From Chitinophagales bacterium (lineage in GTDB: Bacteria > Bacteroidota > Bacteroidia > Chitinophagales > CAIODY01): 64,000 nucleotides of DNA. Positions 45,248-54,763 of this stretch are shown here, one piece after another. The stretch's first letter is position 1. Every line of letters starts with the position of its first letter. A program made the position numbers and the translations under genes. The stretch covers positions 1,143-65,142 of the forward strand of contig CANGEV010000007.1 in NCBI GenBank assembly GCA_947452995.1, given 5' to 3'. The notes beneath the pieces were generated by a model. It was not told the DNA's origin and searched no databases. It saw only the letters and a list, made by a program, of their open reading frames with translations.

Positions 45248-46072
45248 ATGAACCCCGATATTTCAAAACTCCAAAATGCCTCTATGGACGATATCGTCTT
45301 TATGGGTAGAAATAAGGAATACGGTGCTTACATGCTTCGTCAGATTTATGGCAAGCACGTACGTAATGGCTATTTAATAGCTATGTCCTTGTTCCTTCTT
45401 TTCTTAGGCGGTCCTATTCTTCTTAAAAAGTTAATGAAAGAAGAAGTGAAAAAAGTGGATGAACCTACCTTGGTGGATTTGGCTAATATTAAGCCCCCTC
45501 CTCCGGTAGATCCTAAAACTCCGCCACCACCACCGCCTCCACCACCGCCTCCTATTAAAAGTACAGTGAAGTTTACACCTCCTGTAATTAAAAAGGATGA
45601 TGAAGTTCCACCAGAAGATCCACCAAAGCAAAATGAGCTTACGAAAGTGGATGTATCTGACAAAACTGAAAAAGGTGATCCAGATGCAGGCGTCTCTAAT
45701 CTAGTGATTGATGCAGGTAATGGTAATCAAGATGTGGAAGTGAAGCAAGAGCCTCGTAAATTCGTAGAACAGATGCCTACTTATCCTGATGGCGAATCTG
45801 CAATGCTTGAGTTCTTACAACGTAATATGGATTATCCAGAAGCTGCTCGTACACAAGAAATTGAAGGTCGTGTTATCTTGAATTTCGTAGTAGACGAGAA
45901 CGGTACTATCACAGATGTTAAGTGTGTGAAAGATATCGGCGGTGGATGTGGTGAAGCTGCTATTAAAGCAGTTCGTAAAATGCCACGCTGGACTCCTGGT
46001 CGTCAAAATGGTAAAGCGGTGCCAGTTTATTTCAATTTGCCTGTAATGTTTACATTGAGCACTTCGAACTAA
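45248..46072 (+). CDS. tonB: TonB-family energy transducer
   Basis: TM anchor, Pro-rich spacer KPPPPVDPKTPPPPPPPPPPPIK, C-terminal TonB_C (P-YPDGESAM...EGRVILNFVVDENGTITD...PRWTPGRQNGKAV). ATG at 45248 preferred. Confidence 0.8.
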   Translation: MNPDISKLQNASMDDIVFMGRNKEYGAYMLRQIYGKHVRNGYLIAMSLFLLFLGGPILLKKLMKEEVKKVDEPTLVDLANIKPPPPVDPKTPPPPPPPPPPPIKSTVKFTPPVIKKDDEVPPEDPPKQNELTKVDVSDKTEKGDPDAGVSNLVIDAGNGNQDVEVKQEPRKFVEQMPTYPDGESAMLEFLQRNMDYPEAARTQEIEGRVILNFVVDENGTITDVKCVKDIGGGCGEAAIKAVRKMPRWTPGRQNGKAVPVYFNLPVMFTLSTSN

Positions 46073-46097
46073 GCCTAAATTCGTAAAATAATTAACA

Positions 46098-46132
46098 CCC
46101 CGTTCTAAAGGAAACTTTAAAACGGGGTTTTA
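46098..46132 (+). terminator. Intrinsic terminator after tonB
   Basis: CCCCGTT...AACGGGG stem with an inner TAAAG/CTTTA extension, followed by TTTTAT. Confidence 0.7.
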
Positions 46133-46138
46133 TCTTTG
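46131..46138 (+). promoter_or_regulatory. Candidate -7 box TATCTTTG upstream of rnhA
   Basis: Matches TAnnTTTG, 5 nt before the ATG at 46144. No -33 TTG at proper spacing. Confidence 0.35.
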
Positions 46139-46143
46139 TAGCA

Positions 46144-46605
46144 ATGTCAGATATTTTAATTTATACAGACGGGTCTTCAAGAGGCAATCCTGGTAGAGGA
46201 GGTTATGGTATTGTGTTGATTGCCGCGCATAAGCGTAAAGAGTTGGCAGCTGCATTTAAAAAAACTACTAATAATAGGATGGAATTAATGGCTGCTTGTG
46301 TTGCATTGGAAGCGTTGAAAATTCCTGGCAGTAAGGTAACACTCGTCTCCGATTCAAAATACGTGACAGAAGCCATCAATAAAAAATGGATCTATGGTTG
46401 GATACGTAAAAATTGGAAGGATGTTAAAAATCCAGACCTTTGGCAACGATTTTATAAAGTCTTTCAACAACATCAAGTAACCATGCAATGGATAAAAGGG
46501 CATAACGCACATCCTGAAAATGAACGTTGTGATGTTTTAGCCACTTACGCAGCGGATAATGGTCCTTGGGATATAGATACCTGGTTCGAAAATAACAAGG
46601 CCTAA
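46144..46605 (+). CDS. rnhA: Ribonuclease HI
   Basis: IYTDGSSRGNPGRGGYG, NNRMEL, SDSKYV and GHNAHPENERCD catalytic DEDD blocks. Confidence 0.95.
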   Translation: MSDILIYTDGSSRGNPGRGGYGIVLIAAHKRKELAAAFKKTTNNRMELMAACVALEALKIPGSKVTLVSDSKYVTEAINKKWIYGWIRKNWKDVKNPDLWQRFYKVFQQHQVTMQWIKGHNAHPENERCDVLATYAADNGPWDIDTWFENNKA

Positions 46606-47591
46606 TGCGTCTTAAAATCTTTATTTAAATACTCCCTTACGTAATCCATTACGCCATCCTCGAGGCTGTGTAGTTCCTTTGAATATCCTGCCTGCCACAT
46701 TTTATACATATCCGCTTCAGTAAAGTATTGGTATTTGTCGCGAATATCAATAGGAGTGTCCATGTATTGTATGTTTGGCTCCAAATTCAATGTGTTGAAT
46801 ATAGCTTCTACTAATGCTTTGAAGGTGCGCGCCTTGCCGGAACCTAAGTTGTAAATTGATGAAGTAGGACGCTTTTCCAACAGAAATAAAATAATACTCG
46901 CTACATCTTTTACATAGACGAAGTCGCGTAATTGTTCACCATCCTTATAGTTGGGATTGTGCGAACGAAATAATGTAACTTCTCCTTTTTCTTTTATTTG
47001 TTTAAACGCGTGAAAAATAACACTCGCCATACGCCCTTTGTGATATTCGTTCGGACCATAAACATTGAAAAACTTTAATCCAGCCCAGAAGGGCGGTTGT
47101 TCTGTTTGGTCTAATACCCATTGATCAAAATGTTGCTTCGACCAGCCATAAGGGTTTAATGGTTGCAATTGATAGATTAGGCTTGTATCATCCTTATAGC
47201 CAAATTCTCCGTTACCATAGGTGGCTGCTGAAGAGGCGTAAATGAAAGGGACTTGATGCGCAACAGCTAGATGCCACATCTTCTTAGAAAAATCAACATT
47301 TAGTTCATTAAAAACAGCTTCGTCAAATAGAGTAGTGTCTGTCTTCGCGCCGAGATGTATGATTGCGCTAATTGGAAATGGATCTTTTTCAAAATCTGTA
47401 AAAAAAGAAGCTCGGTTCATTAAGCGAGAAAAACGCTTGTTCGCAAAGTTCGGCGTTTTAGCTGGGTATACAGCTGTTCCATCTTCGTTAGTGAAGGCGT
47501 CTACTAATACGATGTCTTCACGACCAGCCGCATTTAATTCCGTTAATAAATAGCTACTAATAAAGCCTGCTGCACCCGTTAAAATTATCAT
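46602..47591 (-). CDS. hldD: ADP-L-glycero-D-manno-heptose 6-epimerase
   Basis: MIILTGAAGFIS, FIYASSAATYG, FNVYGPNEYHKGRMASVIFH, RDFVYVKDVA and YQYFTEADM all parallel E. coli HldD blocks. Confidence 0.8.
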   Translation of the reverse strand: MIILTGAAGFISSYLLTELNAAGREDIVLVDAFTNEDGTAVYPAKTPNFANKRFSRLMNRASFFTDFEKDPFPISAIIHLGAKTDTTLFDEAVFNELNVDFSKKMWHLAVAHQVPFIYASSAATYGNGEFGYKDDTSLIYQLQPLNPYGWSKQHFDQWVLDQTEQPPFWAGLKFFNVYGPNEYHKGRMASVIFHAFKQIKEKGEVTLFRSHNPNYKDGEQLRDFVYVKDVASIILFLLEKRPTSSIYNLGSGKARTFKALVEAIFNTLNLEPNIQYMDTPIDIRDKYQYFTEADMYKMWQAGYSKELHSLEDGVMDYVREYLNKDFKTH

Positions 47592-47604
47592 CCCTGTTTT
47601 TTTA

Positions 47605-47612
47605 CAAAAATA
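47605..47612 (-). promoter_or_regulatory. Candidate -7 box TATTTTTG (minus strand) for hldD
   Basis: Plus-strand CAAAAATA, 13 nt upstream of the ATG (47591). Confidence 0.3.
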
Positions 47613-47658
47613 AGACGCATTTCATTAAAATTACGACTGATTTTGACTTACTTTTTTA

Positions 47659-47666
47659 TACATTTG
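47659..47666 (+). promoter_or_regulatory. Candidate -7 box TACATTTG upstream of scpA
   Basis: Matches TAnnTTTG, 7 nt before the ATG at 47674. Confidence 0.35.
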
Positions 47667-47673
47667 CTTTTCG

Positions 47674-48423
47674 ATGTACGAAATTAAGTTACCCCAATTT
47701 GAAGGTCCTTTTGATTTGTTATTGTTCTTTATTGAGCGTGACGAGTTAGAGATTCATGATATCCCTGTTGCAAAAATTACAGGGGACTTCTTAGACTTTA
47801 TCCATCATCTCGAAGCATTGAATATTGAAGTAGCATCTGATTTCATACTTTTTGCTGCAACCTTAATGCGTATTAAAGTTAAAATGCTGCTTCCTCGTAA
47901 AGAGAAAGACGAGCATGGTAATGAAATAGATCCTCGTACTGAATTAGTTCAAAAACTTTTAGAGTATAAGCGGTTTAAAGAAACCTTACCTGCACTTCAA
48001 ACGCTAGAAGATATCAGAAGTAAACAGGTAGAGCGTGGCAACTTAAAAACTGAATTGACGCATATTGCAGAAACATTCAATACGGAACACGAAATCCATT
48101 CCTTGACTTTGTTCAAATTGCTAAAGTCTTTTGATCGTGTGATGACGCGCTTCGCGAATCAGCCAAAGGAGGTGCAGCACACTGTTGTGCGTTATAATTA
48201 TACGCTTGAGGATTCAAAAGTGTACTTGCAAACATTAACGAGAAATAAAAAGGAACTTCCTTTCGAAGAAATCTTTGAAATTTGTAAAGATCGAATACAT
48301 GCGGTATTCTTATTCCTTGCCATGTTGGAGTTAGTGCAACTGGCTGTTTTAAAACTAAACTTAGGTGGAGGGATGAATAATTTTTCAGTTTCAATAACTT
48401 CCGAGCCGCTTGCAGCAAACTAA
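47674..48423 (+). CDS. scpA: Segregation and condensation protein A
   Basis: MYEIKLPQFEGPFDLLLFFIERDELEIHDIPVAKIT is the ScpA N-terminal signature. 249 aa. Confidence 0.9.
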   Translation: MYEIKLPQFEGPFDLLLFFIERDELEIHDIPVAKITGDFLDFIHHLEALNIEVASDFILFAATLMRIKVKMLLPRKEKDEHGNEIDPRTELVQKLLEYKRFKETLPALQTLEDIRSKQVERGNLKTELTHIAETFNTEHEIHSLTLFKLLKSFDRVMTRFANQPKEVQHTVVRYNYTLEDSKVYLQTLTRNKKELPFEEIFEICKDRIHAVFLFLAMLELVQLAVLKLNLGGGMNNFSVSITSEPLAAN

Positions 48424-48436
48424 CATAAGCTTAAAA

Positions 48437-48474
48437 TAGAAAAGCCTCCTTTTGATTAAAAGGAGGCTTTTCTA
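48437..48474. terminator. Bidirectional intrinsic terminator between scpA and the convergent DUF4920 gene
   Basis: 17-bp perfect stem TAGAAAAGCCTCCTTTT/AAAAGGAGGCTTTTCTA with loop GATT. Confidence 0.85.
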
Positions 48475-48491
48475 TTATTTAAGTTTCTGAC

Positions 48492-48998
48492 TTACTTAAG
48501 GATAACACCAGAAGCAGTAAAGCCGGTTTTTATTTTAAATTCCTTAATTGCAGCAATTTCTTCAGCACTTGCGTTATTGTCTTTTGCTAGATGCTTTTGT
48601 TTTTCAATTGAAATTGTATCTGTGAAACCAACCCCATTAACAGTCATTGTTTTGCCCATTGCATCCTTTGGAATAGTGATTTCATCACCTTCAGCTGTAC
48701 GGAACATTACTTTAACAGAATTACCATTCTTTAATTTGAAATCTGCCCAACATCCTGCAGCTTGACAAACATTTTCAATGGTACCTGTAACCACGCCATT
48801 GAATTCTTTGCCTGAACGTACATAAGCGTCCATGCTATCTGGAGTGATTGCGCCTTTATCTTCAAAGGCAACACCATAGGTAGTGCTTGCTACTTCGTTA
48901 GTTGTTGCTGATTCATTGTTGCTTGCATTATTATTGTCGCAAGAAGCTAGAGAAAGGCATGATCCTAAGAGGATTGTTGCAAGGATTGATTTGTTCAT
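48492..48998 (-). CDS. DUF4920-like lipoprotein
   Basis: Lipobox LASC. VTGTIENVCQAAGCWADFKLKNGN resembles the DUF4920 core. Confidence 0.6.
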   Translation of the reverse strand: MNKSILATILLGSCLSLASCDNNNASNNESATTNEVASTTYGVAFEDKGAITPDSMDAYVRSGKEFNGVVTGTIENVCQAAGCWADFKLKNGNSVKVMFRTAEGDEITIPKDAMGKTMTVNGVGFTDTISIEKQKHLAKDNNASAEEIAAIKEFKIKTGFTASGVILK

Positions 48999-49013
48999 TT
49001 TTGATTATTTTAA

Positions 49014-49907
49014 TTATTGAATGAAAAACAAATGTACGAGATAATTCGCAATGAAAAAAATGGCGAAAAGTACGCTTGCAATTCCATTCAAGGTGAAGAA
49101 CGCTAAGTTTACTTTGCTAAGATCTTTCGGCTTTACTATTAAATGTTGATAGGTTAAAAGAGTTGTAAAAATTCCAAAGCCTATCCAATAAAACGAGCCT
49201 GTAGGTATGATGTAGTAGTGTAAGCTCGCTGCATAAAGAAAGCTAATAGGTACAATAGCATGAATAATAATTGATAAAACTAAGCTGTTTCTCGTGCCTA
49301 GCAAAACAGGAATCGAATGTAAAGACTGAGATTTATCAAATTGCTCATCTTGTAATGCATAGATAATGTCAAATCCTGCCACCCAACACAAAACACCCAT
49401 TCCATAAGCAACAGGGATGATTGAAAATACAGGGTTGAACGCAAGATAAGCTCCTACAGGTGCAAGACTTAATCCTAATCCTAAAATGAAATGGCAAAGA
49501 AAAGTAAATCGTTTTGTAAGGCTATAGCCGAGAATAACAAGGAGCGCAATTGGACTTAAAATCAAACATGTTTTGTTTATTAGACCTGCACATACTATGA
49601 AAAGGATAACGCAAGTTATGATAAATGTCGTTGCGCTTTTTTCTGAAATAATGCCACTCGGTATTTCTCTTGTTACTGTGCGAGGATTCGCAGCATCGAT
49701 TTTTCTGTCAATGTATCTATTAAATGCCATTGCAGCACTTCTGCCAAAAATCATACATCCTAAGGCTGCAAGTGCTATGTAAATAGTTTTTGTCGTAGTT
49801 AAATTTGGATTGCTTTCAACGCCTAGTATACCACCAATTATCGCAAATGGCAAGGCAAAAAGTGTATGGGAAAATTTAATAAGAGATAAATATGATTTCG
49901 CCTTCAA
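49014..49907 (-). CDS. UbiA-family aromatic prenyltransferase
   Basis: 297 aa with 8-9 TM helices. NRYIDRKIDAANPRTVTREIPSG and YALQDEQFD Asp-rich motifs. Confidence 0.8.
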   Translation of the reverse strand: MKAKSYLSLIKFSHTLFALPFAIIGGILGVESNPNLTTTKTIYIALAALGCMIFGRSAAMAFNRYIDRKIDAANPRTVTREIPSGIISEKSATTFIITCVILFIVCAGLINKTCLILSPIALLVILGYSLTKRFTFLCHFILGLGLSLAPVGAYLAFNPVFSIIPVAYGMGVLCWVAGFDIIYALQDEQFDKSQSLHSIPVLLGTRNSLVLSIIIHAIVPISFLYAASLHYYIIPTGSFYWIGFGIFTTLLTYQHLIVKPKDLSKVNLAFFTLNGIASVLFAIFFIANYLVHLFFIQ

Positions 49908-49920
49908 TTTGAATGGGGAA

Positions 49921-50475
49921 TTATTTTTTCAAGTTTTTGTATTCAAGAAATGTCGGAAGTACAAGGTCTTTGTCTGAAATAATTGCTTGATGCAAATCTA
50001 TTTCCCAATTAATAGACAAATGTGGGCAGTCGTATTTAATACCTCCTTCGGAGGCTTTATTATAGTAATTATCACACTTGTAAAAAAACTCCGCTTCGGT
50101 ACTTAACACCGCATAGCCATGTGCAAAACCTCTAGGAACAAATAGTTGTAACTTGTTTTCTGCACTTAATCGGATGGTATAATGCTGTCCGAAGGTAGGA
50201 GAGTTGGGACGAAGATCAACAGCCACGTCTAGTACTTCACCAGAAATTACAGAAACAAGCTTTGCTTGTGCATGTTCTCCCGTTTGAAAGTGCAAACCAC
50301 GCAATACATTCAAACTTGATTTTGCTTGATTGTCTTGTACGAAATGAATCGCCTGACCATATAATTCTCCAAATTTCGCTTCATTAAAGCGTTCATAGAA
50401 ATATCCTCGATCGTCTGAAAAAATGGTTGGATGTATGACGACTAATCCTTCTATTTCTGTGGTCTCAATTCTCAT
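49921..50475 (-). CDS. rfbC: dTDP-4-dehydrorhamnose 3,5-epimerase
   Basis: DDRGYFYE, RGLHFQ and VPRGFAHGY motifs. 184 aa. Confidence 0.95.
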   Translation of the reverse strand: MRIETTEIEGLVVIHPTIFSDDRGYFYERFNEAKFGELYGQAIHFVQDNQAKSSLNVLRGLHFQTGEHAQAKLVSVISGEVLDVAVDLRPNSPTFGQHYTIRLSAENKLQLFVPRGFAHGYAVLSTEAEFFYKCDNYYNKASEGGIKYDCPHLSINWEIDLHQAIISDKDLVLPTFLEYKNLKK

Positions 50476-50476
50476 A

Positions 50477-52819
50477 TTAGCTCTTTTTTAAAAGGTTTTT
50501 CATTATCAACGCTAAGGTAATAATACCTGTTGCCTTAATAGTAAATCCCTCTATCACACGGTTCCAATCTGTAGGCGTTTTGTTTACTGTCCCTTTATTT
50601 GCAGACTTGAAAGGAACATAAATTTTAGAACCGGCATGTATTTTCGGGTACATATTTATTAATAATAAATTTTTTGTTTTACGGATTTGTCCGTTAGCCT
50701 CTATCACTACCAGCTTACTTCTCTTTGCACTTTTATCAAAACCTCCTATATAATTGTTGATGTAATATTTCGCAGTTCTGTTTTTAATAAAAGGGGTATT
50801 TATTTTTCCTAAGGTATCAATCCCACTATAAGAAACCGCCCCAAAAACCGTAATGATTTCGTTCATTTTTGGAACATTGATTGAGTCGCCATCTTTTACT
50901 ACATAGTTGAATTCAGATTTAGGTTTGTTGAGCGCCTTTTTTAAATCTAGAATAACAATCCCTGCGTTGTCTTCAATTCTATTCAATTTAGCGCCTATTG
51001 TAAATGCATATGGTGTTAATCCTCCGGCTCGGCTAATCACATCTATGATTTTTTCATTATTGTTTGTAATTACGTATGTCCCAGGATACTTTACCTCTCC
51101 AGAAATCTTAACGAATTGAGGTTTGTTTGCTCCAGGAAGTTTTCTTACAAATACTTCATCATAAGGTTCCAAAACAAAATTTTCTGATTCTTTGTCAATA
51201 CTTAAGTCTTTCCCTATTGAAATTGTCTTGATAATTGCTTTTATCGTTGGACGTGCGCCTTCTCTGTTTATACGAGCAATCTCAATTCTATTGTTCGCCG
51301 CTTCCATATCAAGGCCTCCTGCGAAGTAAATAAGATCCTTTAAAGTTAATTTCGTTCCGTAGTCAAAAACCCCTGGCTTTCTGACATTGCCACTTATGCG
51401 AACTGTTAAGGAATCAAAGAATTTATCCTTGTTAAAAATGATAACCTCATCGTAAGGAAGCAACATCAAATTCGATACATTATTGGGGTTAGCAATTATT
51501 GAATCTACATTGAATCTGTAGTACATTCTTGTAAGATCTTCTTCGTAACGTAATAAGTAGCCTGTCGTAGTAAATGAACGATCAATTAATCCTCCCGCTT
51601 GTTCTATTAAATTGGAAATATGAGTAGTGTTGGTTATTTCATATTTATCCGGAACGTTTACAGCTCCTTTGATGATTGCATAGTTACTCATTTGTGTATT
51701 GATACCTCTTACACTTATAATATCACCATCGCGTAATGTCTTTGAAGTATTGGTAATATTTAGATCAACTTCTTCTAAAGAAACTTTATTGTTTTCGAAT
51801 CTTGTGATTTGAATCGAAGATTTAAATGCATTTGCTTTCAACCCACCACAAAAGGAAAGAAGCTCATTTAATTCATCTTCTGGTTTTAGTTCATATTTAC
51901 CTGAACGTTTAACTTCTCCTTTTATCGTGACAACCTTGTTGAGCGAAGGAACCACTAAGTAATCATTATCCATTAAATAAAATTCATTCGTTGAAGTAGG
52001 GTTTATTAAAAAGTCGTATAAATCCAACTGTTTAATAACCTTACCATTTCGCTTAACATAAATATTTCTAACTGAACCTATCGAATCTGGGCCATTAGCT
52101 GCTGCAAGCGCATTAAATGCACTGTTAATAGCCGAAATATTATAGGTGCCAGGTTTCTTAACTTCGCCAACAATATGAATGGATATCGTTCTAGAATAGT
52201 TAAGACGAATAGCAATTCTTGCAGAATTTAAATCATACGATGTTCCAAATCGTTTGGTTATCACTGATTGCGCTTCCTTAAACGTTAATCCTTTGAGAAA
52301 GATTCTGCCTACAATTGAAGGTTGAATAAATCCGTCTTCGTCAATTCTATATACTTCGTTTAATTCACTATTACCCCAAATTGAAATGTTTAATTCATCA
52401 CCAGCTTCCAAAACGTAGTTTTCTGGCGCTTTACCATTAGGCACTTTATCAAAAAGTTGAATTTGGTTGTTATCAAAATAATCTTGTCCGTATACGGATG
52501 TCCCACTCTTGCTTGCACTCTTTTTAACGTTTAATGGAGTCGTCACATTTTCACTTCTTTCCTCTAAATTGGAAGGCTTAGTATTCATTTGTTTGAATGA
52601 ATCCGCGGCTGTATTAGTGACAATTGTAGGGTTTTTGTTTGTATTTGCTTGACCAAGTGCAGCAATTTTACGTTCAATGTCAGTTTGACTCAATATACTC
52701 TTAGATCCTTCACCACCATTTTTTAAATAGGTTGCAAGATCTGCTGTAGTTTGCGCCTTGATTGTAAAGCACGAAAGTAATAGGGATGAAATTATAGTAA
52801 GGAATAATATTTTTTTCAT
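50477..52819 (-). CDS. Polysaccharide export outer-membrane protein (Wza-like, multiple SLBB domains)
   Basis: 780 aa. Signal peptide, Poly_export-like YVLEAGDELNISIWGN, repeated G-V-x-x-PG-Y SLBB units, C-terminal hydrophobic helix. Confidence 0.8.
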   Translation of the reverse strand: MKKILFLTIISSLLLSCFTIKAQTTADLATYLKNGGEGSKSILSQTDIERKIAALGQANTNKNPTIVTNTAADSFKQMNTKPSNLEERSENVTTPLNVKKSASKSGTSVYGQDYFDNNQIQLFDKVPNGKAPENYVLEAGDELNISIWGNSELNEVYRIDEDGFIQPSIVGRIFLKGLTFKEAQSVITKRFGTSYDLNSARIAIRLNYSRTISIHIVGEVKKPGTYNISAINSAFNALAAANGPDSIGSVRNIYVKRNGKVIKQLDLYDFLINPTSTNEFYLMDNDYLVVPSLNKVVTIKGEVKRSGKYELKPEDELNELLSFCGGLKANAFKSSIQITRFENNKVSLEEVDLNITNTSKTLRDGDIISVRGINTQMSNYAIIKGAVNVPDKYEITNTTHISNLIEQAGGLIDRSFTTTGYLLRYEEDLTRMYYRFNVDSIIANPNNVSNLMLLPYDEVIIFNKDKFFDSLTVRISGNVRKPGVFDYGTKLTLKDLIYFAGGLDMEAANNRIEIARINREGARPTIKAIIKTISIGKDLSIDKESENFVLEPYDEVFVRKLPGANKPQFVKISGEVKYPGTYVITNNNEKIIDVISRAGGLTPYAFTIGAKLNRIEDNAGIVILDLKKALNKPKSEFNYVVKDGDSINVPKMNEIITVFGAVSYSGIDTLGKINTPFIKNRTAKYYINNYIGGFDKSAKRSKLVVIEANGQIRKTKNLLLINMYPKIHAGSKIYVPFKSANKGTVNKTPTDWNRVIEGFTIKATGIITLALIMKNLLKKS

Positions 52820-53818
52820 TTATTGATTTTTTAATTCTTTGAAAAAAGTAATCGTTCGAGCTAGACCTTCTTCGAATTGAACTTTTGGCTGATAATCTAA
52901 TAGGGTAGTCGCTTTGCTTATATCTGCAAGTGAATTGCGAATGTCACCGTTACGCGTTTCCCTATGTTCTGATTTAAAATGAGTGCCTATTGTTTTTTGC
53001 ATGCTTTCGAACATATGCAATACAGAGTAGTTAAAGCCTGTTGCAACATTAAATATTTGACCATATGCCTCCGTGTTTTCGCTGAGCATGGCTTTTATAT
53101 TGATTTGAACCACATTTTCAACAAATGTGAAATCACGTGTTTGTAATCCATCACCATCAATTACAGGCACTTCATTGTTTAGCAATTTGTTAATGAACAA
53201 AGGTATTACGGCAGCATAGGCTCCATGTGGATTTTGACGTTGTCCAAATACATTGAAGTATCTAAACCCTATTACTGGGAAATTATAGGTATCGTAAAAT
53301 ATTTTACCATATAATTCATTTGTGTATTTTGTAACTGCATACGGCGATAATGGCTTACCTATTTGGGCTTCTACTTTCGGAAGAATAGGGCTATCGCCAT
53401 AGACGGAGGAAGAAGATGCGAAAACGAACTTTTTAACATTACAGTCGCGAGCGGCAATAAGCATGTTCAAAAAGCCATCTACATTTGCCTGATGTGTCGC
53501 TAAAGGATTTTTGATTGAACGAGGTACTGAACCCAACGCTGCTTGATGCGAAACGTAGTCTATACCAGTACAGGCCTCTAAACAATTTTCAAAGACGCGA
53601 ATATCTTTTTCAAAAAATTCAAAGTTAGGTGCGTTAAGATAAGGGCTTAAGTTTTCCTTGAATCCTGTTTCTAGATTATCAATCACGCGGACTAAACCCG
53701 CATTGTTTTCCATTAAATATTGAACTAAGTGAGATCCAATAAAACCGGCTCCGCCACTTATTAGAAATTTAAAAGAAGATAAATCTTTACCAGAATGAAA
53801 ATTGCAGTTTTCGTACAT
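52820..53818 (-). CDS. NAD-dependent sugar-nucleotide epimerase/dehydratase (WbpP/TviC-like SDR)
   Basis: ISGGAGFIGSH Rossmann motif, SPYAVTK (YxxxK). 332 aa. Confidence 0.8.
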   Translation of the reverse strand: MYENCNFHSGKDLSSFKFLISGGAGFIGSHLVQYLMENNAGLVRVIDNLETGFKENLSPYLNAPNFEFFEKDIRVFENCLEACTGIDYVSHQAALGSVPRSIKNPLATHQANVDGFLNMLIAARDCNVKKFVFASSSSVYGDSPILPKVEAQIGKPLSPYAVTKYTNELYGKIFYDTYNFPVIGFRYFNVFGQRQNPHGAYAAVIPLFINKLLNNEVPVIDGDGLQTRDFTFVENVVQINIKAMLSENTEAYGQIFNVATGFNYSVLHMFESMQKTIGTHFKSEHRETRNGDIRNSLADISKATTLLDYQPKVQFEEGLARTITFFKELKNQ

Positions 53819-53875
53819 AAGTTATGGGCAACAAATTACTCGCTAAAATAGGCAATTTGCGGCACAATTTTCTGC

Positions 53876-54763
53876 TTATTTAGAGTGCAGCTGCGAAGAT
53901 TTAACCTTTACGATACTTATGTCAAAAATCAGACAAGAATTAGTGGGGATAGGTCCTGAAGATCGCTTTCCATAGGCTAGTCCTGATGGGATATACAATT
54001 GCCCTTCCGCTCCATCATGAAAGTATAATAAACCTTGATCCCAACCCTTAATTACGTTGCCTTTACCAAGCACAAATTTAAATGGTTCTGGATGTCCAAA
54101 ACGTGCATCCGTGTTTGAATCGAAAATCGTCCCATCTAATAAACGGCCCGTATAATTTACCCATATAGTGTCGCCACTTTGGATTGTTTCTGTTTTACCA
54201 GTGGTGTTAATATTGTATTTCAAACCCATTGTACCTTCTGAACTCTTTCTTTTCTTTTGCGCAAGATAATGTTCTATTAAAAGGGAGTCTTGTCGCGCCT
54301 GTTCTTGATATTCTGTCTTTGTCTTCTGTTCCCACTCTGATTTACCCATGAAATCCAAAAGAGTGATATAGAATTTCATACTTTTCTTATGCTTTGCGAA
54401 CTGTGGCATATACTTGCCATATAGTGAATCACACGAAATGTAGATCAATGCACTATCTCCTTTATGTAGTAAACATAATTGCTCGTTTAAATCATTTTTA
54501 AAACCAGGCTTTTCAATGGTTAGTTGTTGTACTCCAAATTCTTTGTGCGTGTCAAAAATTATAGTGTCTTTGTAGTTCTTTAAGATTAATTGGTAATATA
54601 CAATATCACCTAATTGGGGAGAGTTCGCGGATACGCCATTTTTTAAAATTATGGGCGTTTGCGGCTTCTTATGAACGTCCAAAAAAGATTTCCCCCAAGT
54701 TGCATTTAATTGCAAAAGGGGGAAAATAATTAGTAATGAAATTAATTTACCTAATCCGCTCAT
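53876..54763 (-). CDS. FKBP-type peptidyl-prolyl cis-trans isomerase (one FKBP domain, secreted)
   Basis: C-terminal GDTIWVNYTGRLLDGTIFDSN...GKGNVIKGWDQGL...IPSGLAYG...LIFDISIVKV. Confidence 0.85.
   Translation of the reverse strand: MSGLGKLISLLIIFPLLQLNATWGKSFLDVHKKPQTPIILKNGVSANSPQLGDIVYYQLILKNYKDTIIFDTHKEFGVQQLTIEKPGFKNDLNEQLCLLHKGDSALIYISCDSLYGKYMPQFAKHKKSMKFYITLLDFMGKSEWEQKTKTEYQEQARQDSLLIEHYLAQKKRKSSEGTMGLKYNINTTGKTETIQSGDTIWVNYTGRLLDGTIFDSNTDARFGHPEPFKFVLGKGNVIKGWDQGLLYFHDGAEGQLYIPSGLAYGKRSSGPIPTNSCLIFDISIVKVKSSQLHSK

Noticed and set aside
49921-53818. Possible capsule/EPS locus or horizontally acquired island (rfbC, Wza-like, WbpP-like)
   Set aside because: Only three polysaccharide-related genes are present. 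There is no Wzc, Wzx, Wzy, glycosyltransferase or mobility gene, and no flanking repeats. I cannot judge compositional deviation by eye.
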